Shown here: positions 1-9,487 of the stretch, piece by piece | How positions within the stretch are numbered: position 1 is the stretch's first letter | How the letters are laid out: each line of letters opens with the position of its first letter | NCBI GenBank assembly: GCA_963831545.1 | Contig: CAWHQX010000011.1 | Span: 143,206-207,205, forward strand | Length of the DNA stretch: 64,000 bases | Source of the DNA: an uncultured Acidobacteriota bacterium | GTDB taxonomy: Bacteria; Acidobacteriota; Terriglobia; Acidiferrales; UBA7541 | Direction of reading: 5' to 3' | Position numbers and translations under genes: made by a program | The notes under the pieces: model-generated | Databases searched by the model: none | The model's input: the letters and a program-made list of their open reading frames with translations, nothing else | What the model was told of the DNA's origin: nothing

Positions 1-583
1 GAAGAACGTTCGCCTCCCCGTAGATGAGCTCACTGAAACTAATCAGAATGCTCGGTGTAATGAGAACCAGAATGATTACAGCCACGCGAGCCTTGATACT
101 CAACTCCTCATCAAATACCAAAAGAATCCCACACAAAAGCAGCAGCTGAACGATACGCAACGCATGATAGCCAGTGACGGAATGGGTGACGTGACGTAGA
201 AGATTGAATTCCTGATAGCCGAGCGGCCAGAAACGTCCCGCGCCCGTGTCGATCTGGATTTCGGCGTTATGGCCAAGCAACGTTTCGTACGTAAAGTTTG
301 AGTTGTCATAGTATGTAAAATCTTCCCATACCAGAGACCCTGCAATGTAGCAGGCCAAAAACAGAATCAGGAAGGCCACAGCGAGGATGACCGCGCGCTG
401 CGACGAATCATGTCGTCGAGACGGAACCGACTCCAACCTGATACGTGGCTGGTTCGGGAGAACCCAAATCACCATGAACACGCCCAGCACAGTTATGGCG
501 ATCCAGATAGGCCAAAACAAAGTAGGTTCTGTCCCGAGCACTTTGAGAGAGTCCAGAAGATGATGGAGAAAATGGAGTATCAA
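1..583 (-). CDS. Partial polytopic membrane protein running off the left edge (possibly GT-C-like glycosyltransferase); start uncertain
   Basis: Manual translation gives an open minus-strand frame from about 615 to the edge. It has several hydrophobic segments and the segment LVWEDFTYYDNSNF...GRFWPLGYQEFNLLRH. It is absent from the ORF track because no stop lies in the window. Confidence 0.55.
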   Translation of the reverse strand, partial: MILHFLHHLLDSLKVLGTEPTLFWPIWIAITVLGVFMVIWVLPNQPRIRLESVPSRRHDSSQRAVILAVAFLILFLACYIAGSLVWEDFTYYDNSNFTYETLLGHNAEIQIDTGAGRFWPLGYQEFNLLRHVTHSVTGYHALRIVQLLLLCGILLVFDEELSIKARVAVIILVLITPSILISFSELIYGEANVL

Positions 584-1018
584 GTCGGAATTTCCAATTT
601 GGAATTTAGACCCCTACTGTAATACCCCCCATCGCCCAAACTGTGCGGGTGCCAGATGAAAATGTGCGTAACAGTACATACTTCTCTTCTCGATTCTCAA
701 TAAACGTAATTGGCGAAAGTGACAGAGCGGTTCCGGTGCCCAAAAAAGACGGGAGTCGCCTTCACGACTGTCCCGTAGGACTTGGGCAGCGTCTCCCTTG
801 CAAAAATAAGTCTAGCTCCCGCAACGGTGGCCAATCGCTCGGCAGAATGCTCGGGAAGAAGCAGCAATGATATTGTCAAAAAATACCAATGAAAAAACCT
901 GATGGATCGTCTGCTGGCGAGCGTCTAAATCACATCCTATCATTCCAATTCGGCCTCCTTGGTTCTGAGCGCTGTTCGGGTAACATCGGAAAAGTCTACC
1001 CGGCTCGTCAACTAGGAC

Positions 1019-1300
1019 TTACATCGTGCTCCGTGCCGACCTGGGTAGTAAGTGGCTTCCGGCAAGGCCACGAGATGCGAGCGCCATGAATATGTACGCT
1101 CCTGCCAACGCACCAAAACCCTTCCAGATATCAGTCCAACCGCGCGCACCAGCGATCAAATTCGAGAGATGAACAGCGGCGAGGTATACATGTATGCCTG
1201 CGAGGAACAGAGCCGTGAGCGGATGCAGGACACAGGCGGGCAAAGGACGTGAAGGTCGTGTAGGAATCTTTAAGGCACGCCAACCGCCGAGTAATTGCAA
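1019..1300 (-). CDS. Small hypothetical membrane protein
   Basis: Two hydrophobic helices (ALFLAGIHVYLAAVHL; IWKGFGALAGAYIFMALA). Same strand as, and just downstream of, the GH52 gene. Confidence 0.35.
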   Translation of the reverse strand: MQLLGGWRALKIPTRPSRPLPACVLHPLTALFLAGIHVYLAAVHLSNLIAGARGWTDIWKGFGALAGAYIFMALASRGLAGSHLLPRSARSTM

Positions 1301-1321
1301 AACTAGTTTGATGCCGGTGAA

Positions 1322-3589
1322 TCAATCAAGCCATAGAGCGCTAGTGATTACGCGCGGGTAGTAGCGGCTCGCCTTGCCCTCGCCGGACACGATTTGATCG
1401 CAACAAGCCCAATAGGAACTGCCTTCGGTCTGCCATTTAACGTGAGCAGCATCGGCTTTGCGGAGGATTTCCGCGACCTGGGGGTCGTGGTCGAGATCGA
1501 AGACGCGACGAGCAACATGCAGGAAGATGGCGATCTTGCTCATCCAGGAATTGTTGCTGGTTGAAGAGAGCTTGATGCCGCCGTCGGCAAACAGATTTCG
1601 GCGATCCGGATCGAGCAGAAGCTTCGTGGTGTGTTCCCTGAGTACGTCGAACATTTTGCGCTCCGAAGCGCCGGCGAAAATCTGGCCGAGATTTTGCTGC
1701 GCGTATCCGGTCTTCTCGAAATACAACGCATAGACGCATCCCTCAATGGCCGGGAGGATGCGGGATTGGTATCCGGGATTCGACTTCTCAAAAATGGCGG
1801 GGAGAATTCCGCCGTCAGGCTGATCAGCGACAACAGCTGCGACTTTGGCAGCGATTTGCTGACATTTGTTCTGAGTTTTGGTGTCGCCGAGGTCGCGGAA
1901 GAGCAGAGCCAGGGCGCGATAGCTGGCCCAACTTTTGACGGCAATGTAGACGTTGTTGCGGGTCTGGGCGAGGGAGTGGTCGAGAGAGTCGTAGGTGGTG
2001 ATCTCCTGCCCACCGGCACAGCGGGTGCTGTCGAACTGCGCGAAGCCGACGTCTCCACCGCGGTTGATCATGCTTGCGAGGCACGCCTCGACGATGCTGC
2101 GATTGCGCTGGAGCCAGGAGATGTCGCGGGTCTTTGCGAGATAACACGTGGCAACAAGGATCCAGTTGCAGAGCTGCTCCTGGGTCATGTAGCTGAAACA
2201 ACCGGTGAGGTTGGCGAGTTCGTAGCTGCTGCGTCCTTTGGGAGAGAAATTGTTGTGGGCGCCCATGTCATGGCAGAAGCTGAGTCCACCAGGCTTGCGG
2301 TCGTAAGGTCTTGCAAGCTGGGCGGCGTCGGGAGGCGGGGGTGGCTGCGAAGGATCGATTTGGGTTTGATGAGCCGAAGCCGCGGTTTCGGATTTATAGA
2401 TTTTAATTTCATCAGTGTAACTGTAATTGCTGACAAAATTGTCGAGCAGGTTGCGGACGAGCCATGGATTGCGATCGAGCTCCCAAAAAACATGGTCGAC
2501 GGCGAGATCGAGTGTATTCATCATGCAGTATTCGCCCTCGTTGACGACCCAGAATGGCTGCTTGTCGATTTCCAGCAACTGGGTGCTGCCGTAGTAGCTG
2601 TGGGTGGAGTGAGCAATCATGAAGCGTTGTTCGTCGGAGAGGGAGGAAGCATCAAGCGTAGCGTCGAGAGCTTCGGCGGAAGCGATTAATTGAGCCGAGC
2701 GGTCGAGGGTGGCACGCAAAACGTCAGTGAGGTCTTTGTAGTAGCGGGTGTAGAGATAACGGCCATCGAGCCCTGTGGTTTCGATATTGGCGAGAAAGGA
2801 GCCAATCGCGAGTGTCATACAGTAGCGTTTTCCGGCGGGAACCTCAAAGCCGACTCCGGGGCAAGAGCCGAGCAAGTGGACAGGATTGTGGCGCTCTCGA
2901 ATGCCGTCGGTAGGCGACCAACGCATAAAACTAAAGGCGTGCAGCTTGGCATTTTTGTCGGAAAGATCTGAGACCTGAGCGGCAACGCCGGCTTCGCGGC
3001 GAAAGGCAAATCCGACGCGATCCGGAGAACCCAAGTCATCATTGATCATGCGAGGGCCAGGGCGGGAGTGATTCAGAGCGAAGATTCCCGTTTTTGGCTC
3101 GGAGCCGCGAGTGTTGTCGACGACAAGCTGGGCGACAACCGCCGGCATAAGCGCTTCGCGCATCTCTTTCTCCGATGCGCTGGAGGGATCCGGAATCGGG
3201 CCGAACGGTGTGTATACCGTGAAGGCCATCTCACCGGCATGCCAAGCGTCGGTACACCAGCCATAGCTGCGTTGGACATCTTTCGAGTCGAAGGGAACCG
3301 CGTCGGGGCGGACATTCTGTTCCGAAGGCCCGGCCTGTTCGACGAGGAATGCATCGGCAGCCTTGGGGGCGGCCCCGATATAAAACGGAAGACATTTTAG
3401 GGGCGAGTTGCTGTAGCGGTCGCCGTCGATCACGCCGATAAAAACTTCCTGATCGCCGGGTTGGCCAATCTGAAGGCCGATGCCGCCGCGTGTCCCAGGA
3501 TTGCCGCATGTGAAACTCATGAAGGCACCCATGGGAGAGTGCTGAGAGTTAAAGCCGATATGAAATGGAAGTGTTCGATGCCTGGTCAT
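1322..3589 (-). CDS. Glycoside hydrolase family 52 beta-xylosidase
   Basis: GH52-type motifs FNSQHSPMGAFMSFT, VVNEGEYCMMNTLDL (nucleophile region), FCHDMG, EITTYDSLD (acid/base region), SSTSNNSWMSKI. Confidence 0.88.
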   Translation of the reverse strand: MTRHRTLPFHIGFNSQHSPMGAFMSFTCGNPGTRGGIGLQIGQPGDQEVFIGVIDGDRYSNSPLKCLPFYIGAAPKAADAFLVEQAGPSEQNVRPDAVPFDSKDVQRSYGWCTDAWHAGEMAFTVYTPFGPIPDPSSASEKEMREALMPAVVAQLVVDNTRGSEPKTGIFALNHSRPGPRMINDDLGSPDRVGFAFRREAGVAAQVSDLSDKNAKLHAFSFMRWSPTDGIRERHNPVHLLGSCPGVGFEVPAGKRYCMTLAIGSFLANIETTGLDGRYLYTRYYKDLTDVLRATLDRSAQLIASAEALDATLDASSLSDEQRFMIAHSTHSYYGSTQLLEIDKQPFWVVNEGEYCMMNTLDLAVDHVFWELDRNPWLVRNLLDNFVSNYSYTDEIKIYKSETAASAHQTQIDPSQPPPPPDAAQLARPYDRKPGGLSFCHDMGAHNNFSPKGRSSYELANLTGCFSYMTQEQLCNWILVATCYLAKTRDISWLQRNRSIVEACLASMINRGGDVGFAQFDSTRCAGGQEITTYDSLDHSLAQTRNNVYIAVKSWASYRALALLFRDLGDTKTQNKCQQIAAKVAAVVADQPDGGILPAIFEKSNPGYQSRILPAIEGCVYALYFEKTGYAQQNLGQIFAGASERKMFDVLREHTTKLLLDPDRRNLFADGGIKLSSTSNNSWMSKIAIFLHVARRVFDLDHDPQVAEILRKADAAHVKWQTEGSSYWACCDQIVSGEGKASRYYPRVITSALWLD

Positions 3590-3699
3590 GATTTCGCCTC
3601 GCGATCAATTGGGGATAAAACGTCAATGATGCAAAGAAACAAGGAAGAAAAAAAGTTATGAAGTGAAAATGTAGAGAAACTGCGGGCCAAAGGCGGCTT

Positions 3700-3845
3700 G
3701 GTGGCGCGGATTACCGCATCAAAGGCAGGCTTAGGCTGTGCGTTGCGATCGAAGAGGACGGGATAGTTGGTCCTTCCCTTAACCGGCAAATTGTTGAGCC
3801 AGGGATCGGCGTCGGTAACGCCCCAGAAGCTGACACGGGTGATCG
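3700..3845 (-). pseudogene. C-terminal remnant of a GH10 endo-1,4-beta-xylanase
   Basis: ITRVSFWGVTDADPWLNNLPVKGRTNYPVLFDRNAQPKPAFDAVI matches the typical GH10 C-terminus. The rest of the barrel, including both catalytic Glu, is missing. Confidence 0.8.
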
Positions 3846-3887
3846 ACGCTGGGAGTCGCCTCGATGAAACATGATTAGGAGTTTTTT

Positions 3888-5249
3888 TCATGACACATAG
3901 CCCTTGCGACGCTCAATGAGATCGTTGGCGATGGAGCGGGTCTTCTCTCGGGAGAGCGGATAAAACAGGAGGCACGCGGCGGCGGCGAAGAAGCAAATTC
4001 CCGCATAGACGCTGGCAGTGAGAAGAATGCCCGATCGCGCATGGTCAGTTTGTACCGAGGCTTCCGAGACAACACCGTAAGCGGAGAGGAGCCACCCGGC
4101 TATCGCGCCGCCGAGCGCGAGTCCTGCCCAGAGAGCGAACACCACCGCAGCGGTAACGGTGCCACTGGCGCGACGGCCTGTTTTCCATTCGCCGTAATCA
4201 GCAACGTCGCCCATCATCGCCCAGAGTATCGGACCAGACAATCCGAAGGAGAATTGACGCAGAACTTCGGCTCCGATGATGACCGCGGTGGCGCTTGGAG
4301 ACAGGAAGAGTAACAAGGTGCTGAAGAGGCCCGTGAGAAACATGCTGCCGATGAAGAGCTCACGCTTGCCCACTCGGACAGAGACGAAGGTAGAGCATGC
4401 CACACCCAGAAGAAGTGCAGCGAGTCCGAAGCCATTGAACCATGCGTAAAGCGTCACATGTCCGACGACGTATCGGAAATAGGGGGCCATAACGTTGCCA
4501 CGGACGAGGATGGCGGTGAAATAAAAGAGCGTAACGAAGAAGAGGACGACCCAGGGCCGATTGCGAAACAGATCAGAGAGATCCTGAGTGAGCGAGGACT
4601 TCTGCTGCGGATCCGGCTGGATACGTTCTTTGGTGACGAAGAAAGTGATGATGAAAAAGATGACGCTGACGAGAGAAAGAATACCCATGGTGAGTTGGTA
4701 GCCGCGAGCATCGTTGCCGTGGCCGAAGAAGGTGACCATGGGGATGGCGAGGCCAGCAATGATGAAGCCTGCGGCGTTGGCGGCGATTTGACGGTAGGAA
4801 GAGATGCTGGTGCGTTCGTCTGGATCTTCGGTCATGACGGCCGTCAGAGAAGCGTACGGCACATTGTTAATGATGTAGATGATGCGAAGAAGGCTGTAGG
4901 TGACCCATGCATAGATGAGCTTGGCGGCCGGACTGATTTGAGGAGTGGTGAACGTGAGGAAGCCAATCAGGCCGAAAGGTAGCGCGGTCCAAAGGAGCCA
5001 AGGGCGGAACTTGCCCCAGCGCGTGGTGGTACGGTCGGCGACAACACCCATGATGGGATTGAGGAAGGCCACGCTCAGACCGACGACACCGAATAAGGTT
5101 CCGGCCTGAGCCGGGGTTAGGCCGAAGGTGTGGGTATAGAAATCCAATTGAAGGGCAATCATGAACTGGAAAACGAAGTTCGCCGCCATATCGCCCAGGC
5201 TATAACCAAACTTTTCCTTGAAGGAGAGTTTTTGAATGGCTTGAGTCAT
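3888..5249 (-). CDS. MFS glycoside-pentoside-hexuronide (GPH) cation symporter, probable xyloside/xylo-oligosaccharide transporter
   Basis: KEKFGYSLGDMAANF, DRTTTRWGKFRPWLL, WAMMGDVADYGEW; about 12 TM segments; xylan-locus context. Confidence 0.9.
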   Translation of the reverse strand: MTQAIQKLSFKEKFGYSLGDMAANFVFQFMIALQLDFYTHTFGLTPAQAGTLFGVVGLSVAFLNPIMGVVADRTTTRWGKFRPWLLWTALPFGLIGFLTFTTPQISPAAKLIYAWVTYSLLRIIYIINNVPYASLTAVMTEDPDERTSISSYRQIAANAAGFIIAGLAIPMVTFFGHGNDARGYQLTMGILSLVSVIFFIITFFVTKERIQPDPQQKSSLTQDLSDLFRNRPWVVLFFVTLFYFTAILVRGNVMAPYFRYVVGHVTLYAWFNGFGLAALLLGVACSTFVSVRVGKRELFIGSMFLTGLFSTLLLFLSPSATAVIIGAEVLRQFSFGLSGPILWAMMGDVADYGEWKTGRRASGTVTAAVVFALWAGLALGGAIAGWLLSAYGVVSEASVQTDHARSGILLTASVYAGICFFAAAACLLFYPLSREKTRSIANDLIERRKGYVS

Positions 5250-6215
5250 ATGCGACCTGCTTCCCTGGCGTTTACGCCAAGACCTGTAAAATCAGCGTCT
5301 TTGGATCGGTTTAGCCGAGGAAATTCGCGCCGTGGAAGAAGAATTCATCGGAGACCGGGTGATCGTGGAAACATCGTTGGTGAAAGAAAATGGAGTTGCT
5401 GAGGCAACCGTTGTGGATAGAGAGATTCTAAAGAGTGTCGCGGATAGTGTAGAGTTTTTGGAAGGTAGCTTCGTTTTTTTGCTCGCGGCACTCCGCACAA
5501 TCTTATTCACGCGTACGACTCCTCTTCACATGCTGGTCGAATCTGAGGATGGCGCTCAGGAATCTTGCGAACTTAACGGAGCGATTGAATTATTGTGGAA
5601 AGAAAGCGTTCCACTGCGGCGTACTATAGCATAAACGTTATGGTAGACGGTATCGGCAGCAGTCCAAAACAACCCTAAGACCCGGGACGGCCCGCAATCT
5701 TGGGCACTAAGTTCGATCTCACCGCCGTAACAAATGTACTTTTTCCCAACAATCCTGCTGCGATTTCTCGCGGCGCTGGTGAGTGGATGCGCCGTCAGCT
5801 CTTTGAGGGGACCGCTCTGGTGAATGTAATATGATCATTTGCAATTAGAGACCATGGGATGAAAGTGTTCTGCCACGTGGGTGAGTGTATCGAAGCCAAA
5901 CGGAACCCAAATGACTGAGAAGAAATCAATGGGCTGGCAAAATATCCGCCGCCAATCGGATAATTAGTGAAACACCTCCCTGATCGGGTTTGTGAGGAAT
6001 ATTTTCAGCGCCTCGCCCGACAATCATGATTTTCTTCAGCCTCGCTTTCAGGCGGAGGACGACTCCGGCGCGGCGGCGGCCACCAACGCCAATCTAACAA
6101 AATAAAAGAAGTGACATTCTCCAGTCGCCACTCTGTGAGGAGAGCGGTTGTGCGCCCGAGTCCAGGCAGATCGTCACTGGCGCCACTGATCGGACTGTCA
6201 CGCTTCAGGTACATG

Positions 6216-7301
6216 TCACGTCTCCTGAGTGGCCGTCGGAGGTTGATTGAGCCAAGCGAGGAAGAGCTTATAGCCTACCGATAGAACGATCGCGCCGACG
6301 AACAAACCGATGAGGCCCAACGCGACGAATCCGCCAATCGCGCCGAGGAACACCACCGCCATTGGAACTGCGACTCCTCGCCCCAGCAGGAGGGGCTTCA
6401 GGAAGTTGTCCACCAGGGCGACGAGGAGGCACCAAACCAGGAAAATCAAGGCTTTGGTGGTGCTCGAGATCGCGAACATGTAAACCACCGCCGGTATGAG
6501 GACGAGTACGCCCACCTGCAGCACAGCGGCAATTAGAAACGCTACAGCCCACAAACCCGCTCCAGGTAATCCTGCAACAAGAAAACCAAGGCCCGCGAGA
6601 GTCGATTGGATCAGCGCCACGCCAAGGATACCGCTGGTAACGCTGCGGATGGTGGCTCCAATGAGTTGCTGAAACTCGGGCCCCTTGGCTCCGAAAATAC
6701 GATTGCACAAGGAGCACGTCACTGCATAAGCGACCTGGGCGTTCGCCAGAAGAACTCCAGCCACTACAATGGAAACAGCGAATTGCAGCACGGTGAGGCC
6801 GAGGCCCGCCGAAACAGAGAGCAGCCCAGGGACAGTCGCTTTGATCTGAGGAGCAAAGCTTTTTATAGCCTCGCTTAGGTCCTGAGATGCCCGGCCCCAT
6901 AAACTGCTCAATGGAACCCCGATAATCGGCCAGGTTTCGACGCCCGCAGGAGGAGGTGGAATAAGTAAGGTCCCTTCCTTGAAATGGGCTGTAAGGGTCT
7001 GGGCGCCCTGCACCAGCGTTTCTGCGAGCAAGACGACCGGAATAATCAGGAAAGTCAAAACCAGAACCGTGAGAAGGACCGAGGTCAGCGCTCCTCGCCC
7101 GCCTAGCACAAGCTGCAGCTTTTGGAAGCCCGGGTAAACAGCGACCGCAATGACAATGCCCCAAGTGAGCACAGGAATGAAGGGGAGCAGGATCAAGAGA
7201 CACGCGGTGGATAGCAAAATCGCTAAGCCGATGTGGATGGATGCCTCGAGTGCGAGGTTTAGTTGGGTCTTGTCGTAGGCAGTTTTGTTCAAAGTCGCCA
7301 T
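6216..7301 (-). CDS. AI-2E family transporter
   Basis: 361 aa, multi-TM, C-terminal VDNFLKPLLLGR...GGFVALGLIGLFVG pattern. Confidence 0.88.
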   Translation of the reverse strand: MATLNKTAYDKTQLNLALEASIHIGLAILLSTACLLILLPFIPVLTWGIVIAVAVYPGFQKLQLVLGGRGALTSVLLTVLVLTFLIIPVVLLAETLVQGAQTLTAHFKEGTLLIPPPPAGVETWPIIGVPLSSLWGRASQDLSEAIKSFAPQIKATVPGLLSVSAGLGLTVLQFAVSIVVAGVLLANAQVAYAVTCSLCNRIFGAKGPEFQQLIGATIRSVTSGILGVALIQSTLAGLGFLVAGLPGAGLWAVAFLIAAVLQVGVLVLIPAVVYMFAISSTTKALIFLVWCLLVALVDNFLKPLLLGRGVAVPMAVVFLGAIGGFVALGLIGLFVGAIVLSVGYKLFLAWLNQPPTATQET

Positions 7302-7465
7302 AGTCCCAGTCCCGCAATTTTGCCGCTGGACATTAGGACTCGGGGAGGCGTTGGGGGCAATGGAGACTCTCCGAGTCCGGCTGTCTGTTCGAGGTCAGCG
7401 GTGTTGCGCCGACTGCTCCCGTGTGACCAGTGCCTAACCTTTTAGACGCGGGCACGTATCTGAAC

Positions 7466-7485
7466 AACTGGGGAAATCCCTAGGG
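7466..7485. promoter_or_regulatory. Island palindrome box 1 (AACTGGGG-AAAT-CCCTAGGG)
   Basis: Member of the repeated dyad. TAAAAG on the minus strand at 7444-7439 faces the AI-2E gene. Confidence 0.75.
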
Positions 7486-7569
7486 AGCCGCTCCGAGATG
7501 TTTGGTTGCCAGCCTCCGATGTCAGTAAAACGCGTTCACCGAAAACTTGGGACGGGAAGCTGTTTGCCG

Positions 7570-7589
7570 CGCTAGGGAAATCCCTAGTT
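7570..7589. promoter_or_regulatory. Island palindrome box 2 (CGCTAGGG-AAAT-CCCTAGTT)
   Basis: TAGACT at 7611-7616 faces the SYLF/YSC84 gene. Confidence 0.8.
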
Positions 7590-7693
7590 TCCCCAAGATG
7601 TTGTGCGAAGTAGACTCTCGGTGTCGGTCCGCCCAAAGCAAAGTTAGAAAGTGCACAGCAACGGTGTTGGTGCGCTTTAGGAGGAAGATTCCA

Positions 7694-8257
7694 ATGAAAT
7701 TGAAGATAATCGGCTGGGTGCTCGCGGTGGCTTTACTGTCGGCAATCGGAACCAGCGCTAAGGATGACAACGACGAAAAAAAGGAAAAATCCCGCAAGAT
7801 GGCTGCCCAGACTCTGCAGGATTTGTATAAACTCGATCCCCCAGCTCAGGCGGCTATCCAGAAGTCGGCCGGGTACGCAATTTTTAGCAACACGGGCGTC
7901 AATCTGTTGCTCAGCACGGCCCGCGGCTCGGGAATCGCCACGAACTCCAAAACCAAACAGGAAACTTTCATGAAGATGGTTTCGGCCGGGGCGGGTCTGG
8001 GCGTCGGCGTGAAGGACTATCGCGTAGTCTTCGTGTTCGAGAATGATAAGGCGTTCACTCAATTTCTCGATTCCGGTTGGTCCGGTTCGGCGCAAACGGA
8101 TGCTGCCGCTAAGGCCGGAGACAAAGGTGGAGCCTATTCGGGGGCGGTCGAGGTTGCCCCGGGTGTCTGGGTCTATCAGATCACGAAGAATGGCCTCGCG
8201 CTTCAATTGACCTTGCAGGGCACGAAATACTACAAGGACGACGACCTCAATAAGTAG
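7694..8257 (+). CDS. Secreted YSC84/SYLF-domain lipid-binding protein
   Basis: Signal peptide MKLKIIGWVLAVALLSAIG; motifs AGYAIF, GAGLGVGVKDYRVVFVF, GLALQLTLQGTKY; RBS GAGGA before ATG 7694. Confidence 0.8.
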   Translation: MKLKIIGWVLAVALLSAIGTSAKDDNDEKKEKSRKMAAQTLQDLYKLDPPAQAAIQKSAGYAIFSNTGVNLLLSTARGSGIATNSKTKQETFMKMVSAGAGLGVGVKDYRVVFVFENDKAFTQFLDSGWSGSAQTDAAAKAGDKGGAYSGAVEVAPGVWVYQITKNGLALQLTLQGTKYYKDDDLNK

Positions 8258-8342
8258 TCGAGCATCAAGATGCGAGACGGGGTCCACAAGCTCAGTCCGT
8301 TAGCTAATCTGTGTCTGCGGACTCAATCGAGGACGGTACGAG

Positions 8343-8558
8343 GTGGCTCCGATGCAGGACGAGGGCGAAATCGATCAGAGGGCCTCAGACGCTGAGCTGA
8401 TGGTGATAGTGCGTCGAGCGCAGGAAGAGCTTGAGGCCCACGGCGAATCGAATCAAGTAAATCTGCTCTTGCGTGACTTTGCGAGGGCACTTCTGAAACA
8501 ACGTTTGCTACTAAAGGTGGAGTTCGTTCGGATGATCGAACTGAGTCGGCGGAAGTAG
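8343..8558 (+). CDS. Small hypothetical helical protein
   Basis: 71-aa ORF with plausible composition lying between same-strand genes; no family recognised. Confidence 0.35.
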   Translation: MAPMQDEGEIDQRASDAELMVIVRRAQEELEAHGESNQVNLLLRDFARALLKQRLLLKVEFVRMIELSRRK

Positions 8559-8613
8559 AGCGCAATGGACAATCAGGGGAAACTTGGTCGAATTCGACAA
8601 AGGAGAGCAGAAT

Positions 8614-9420
8614 ATGAAGTCAAGTAACAGTTGGATGAGAAGCGGCCTCGTGCTCGCTATGGCGACAGTCTGTATTGCCTTCGCTTGGAGCGCCGGGGCA
8701 CAAGTACAGACCACAAAGACTACGACTGTCGGCCAGAGCAGCCAGGTAGTCAAAGTCGATCGCGGCGAGGTTCTGGCGGTGGAAGGCAACGATTTGATGG
8801 TGAGAATGGCAGATGGCTCGATCCGTCACTTTGAGAACATCCCCGAGAGCGCCAAGGCTACAGTTGACGGAAAACAGATGGGAATTCACGACTTGAAACC
8901 GGGCATGAAGCTGCAGCGCACCATAACCACAACAACCACTCCTCAGATCGTTACCACTGTCGAGACAGTGAAGGGAAAGGTCTGGCATGTCACTGCGCCA
9001 CTCTCGGTGATCTTGACGCTGGAAAACGGAACGAATCAATCGTTCAAGATTCCGAAAGATCAGAAATTCAAGGTGAATGGAGAAATGGTTGACGCCTTCG
9101 GCCTGAGGAAGGGGATGGTGGTAACAGCGACGAAAATCGTGGAGGTTCCGTTTTCGGTCACGTCACAGGAGAAGAGTGTAAGCGGCACGATGCCGGCACC
9201 CCCGCTAGCCCTGCCAGCTCCGCCAACCGACACTGTTTTACTGATTGCCGAGGGAGAGCCCACGGCTGCTCCACCGGAGGCCGCGGAAACGCCCGCTGTC
9301 CCTATACAAACGAACCCGACGACGACGGGAAGCTACCTTCCAGCCATTGGTCTGGGTGTGTTGCTGCTGATTATTGTTTTGGCCCTGGCAAAACTCGGAC
9401 GCCGGAAGTCCCGAACTTAG
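8614..9420 (+). CDS. Exported beta-rich protein with C-terminal sorting-signal-like anchor; paralog of 25974-26768
   Basis: Signal peptide; core near-identical to the LPKTG protein (GEV..V.GNDL.VRM.DG.IRHF...GKVWHVT.P.SVILTLEN.TNQSFKIP); Pro-rich linker, NPTTTG, hydrophobic helix, RRKSRT tail. Confidence 0.85.
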   Translation: MKSSNSWMRSGLVLAMATVCIAFAWSAGAQVQTTKTTTVGQSSQVVKVDRGEVLAVEGNDLMVRMADGSIRHFENIPESAKATVDGKQMGIHDLKPGMKLQRTITTTTTPQIVTTVETVKGKVWHVTAPLSVILTLENGTNQSFKIPKDQKFKVNGEMVDAFGLRKGMVVTATKIVEVPFSVTSQEKSVSGTMPAPPLALPAPPTDTVLLIAEGEPTAAPPEAAETPAVPIQTNPTTTGSYLPAIGLGVLLLIIVLALAKLGRRKSRT

Positions 9421-9430
9421 AATGCTTCGA

Positions 9431-9460
9431 GGAGGAGCCCAGTCAACGACAGGCTCCTCC
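9431..9460. terminator. Probable intrinsic terminator between convergent genes
   Basis: GGAGGAGCC...GGCTCCTCC 9-bp stem followed by AGTTTTG. Confidence 0.6.
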
Positions 9461-9487
9461 AGTTTTGTTCGGATTTGGAGCAGTCGT

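Noticed and set aside
620-1010. Short ORFs between the edge gene and the GH52 locus
   Set aside because: No recognisable motif in any frame; possibly degraded sequence, but unsupported.
5596-5643. Extended -10 (TGCTATAGT, minus strand) and LacI-like words (GAAAGCGTTCC, ATAAACGTTAT) upstream of the xylan locus
   Set aside because: The symmetry is imperfect, the site is about 370 nt from the first gene, and no cognate regulator is in the window. Suggestive only.
6051-6063. GGCGGAGGACGAC as the second att site matching the tRNA-Asp 3' end (GGCGGGGACGAC)
   Set aside because: Orientation and position fit the left edge of the cluster, but it is only a 12-nt match with an insertion in GC-rich DNA, so chance is plausible. 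It needs an empty-site genome to test.
8572-8591. ATCAGGGGAAACTTGG half-site before the LPXTG paralog
   Set aside because: The right arm does not match, and the implied -10 would overlap the start codon.
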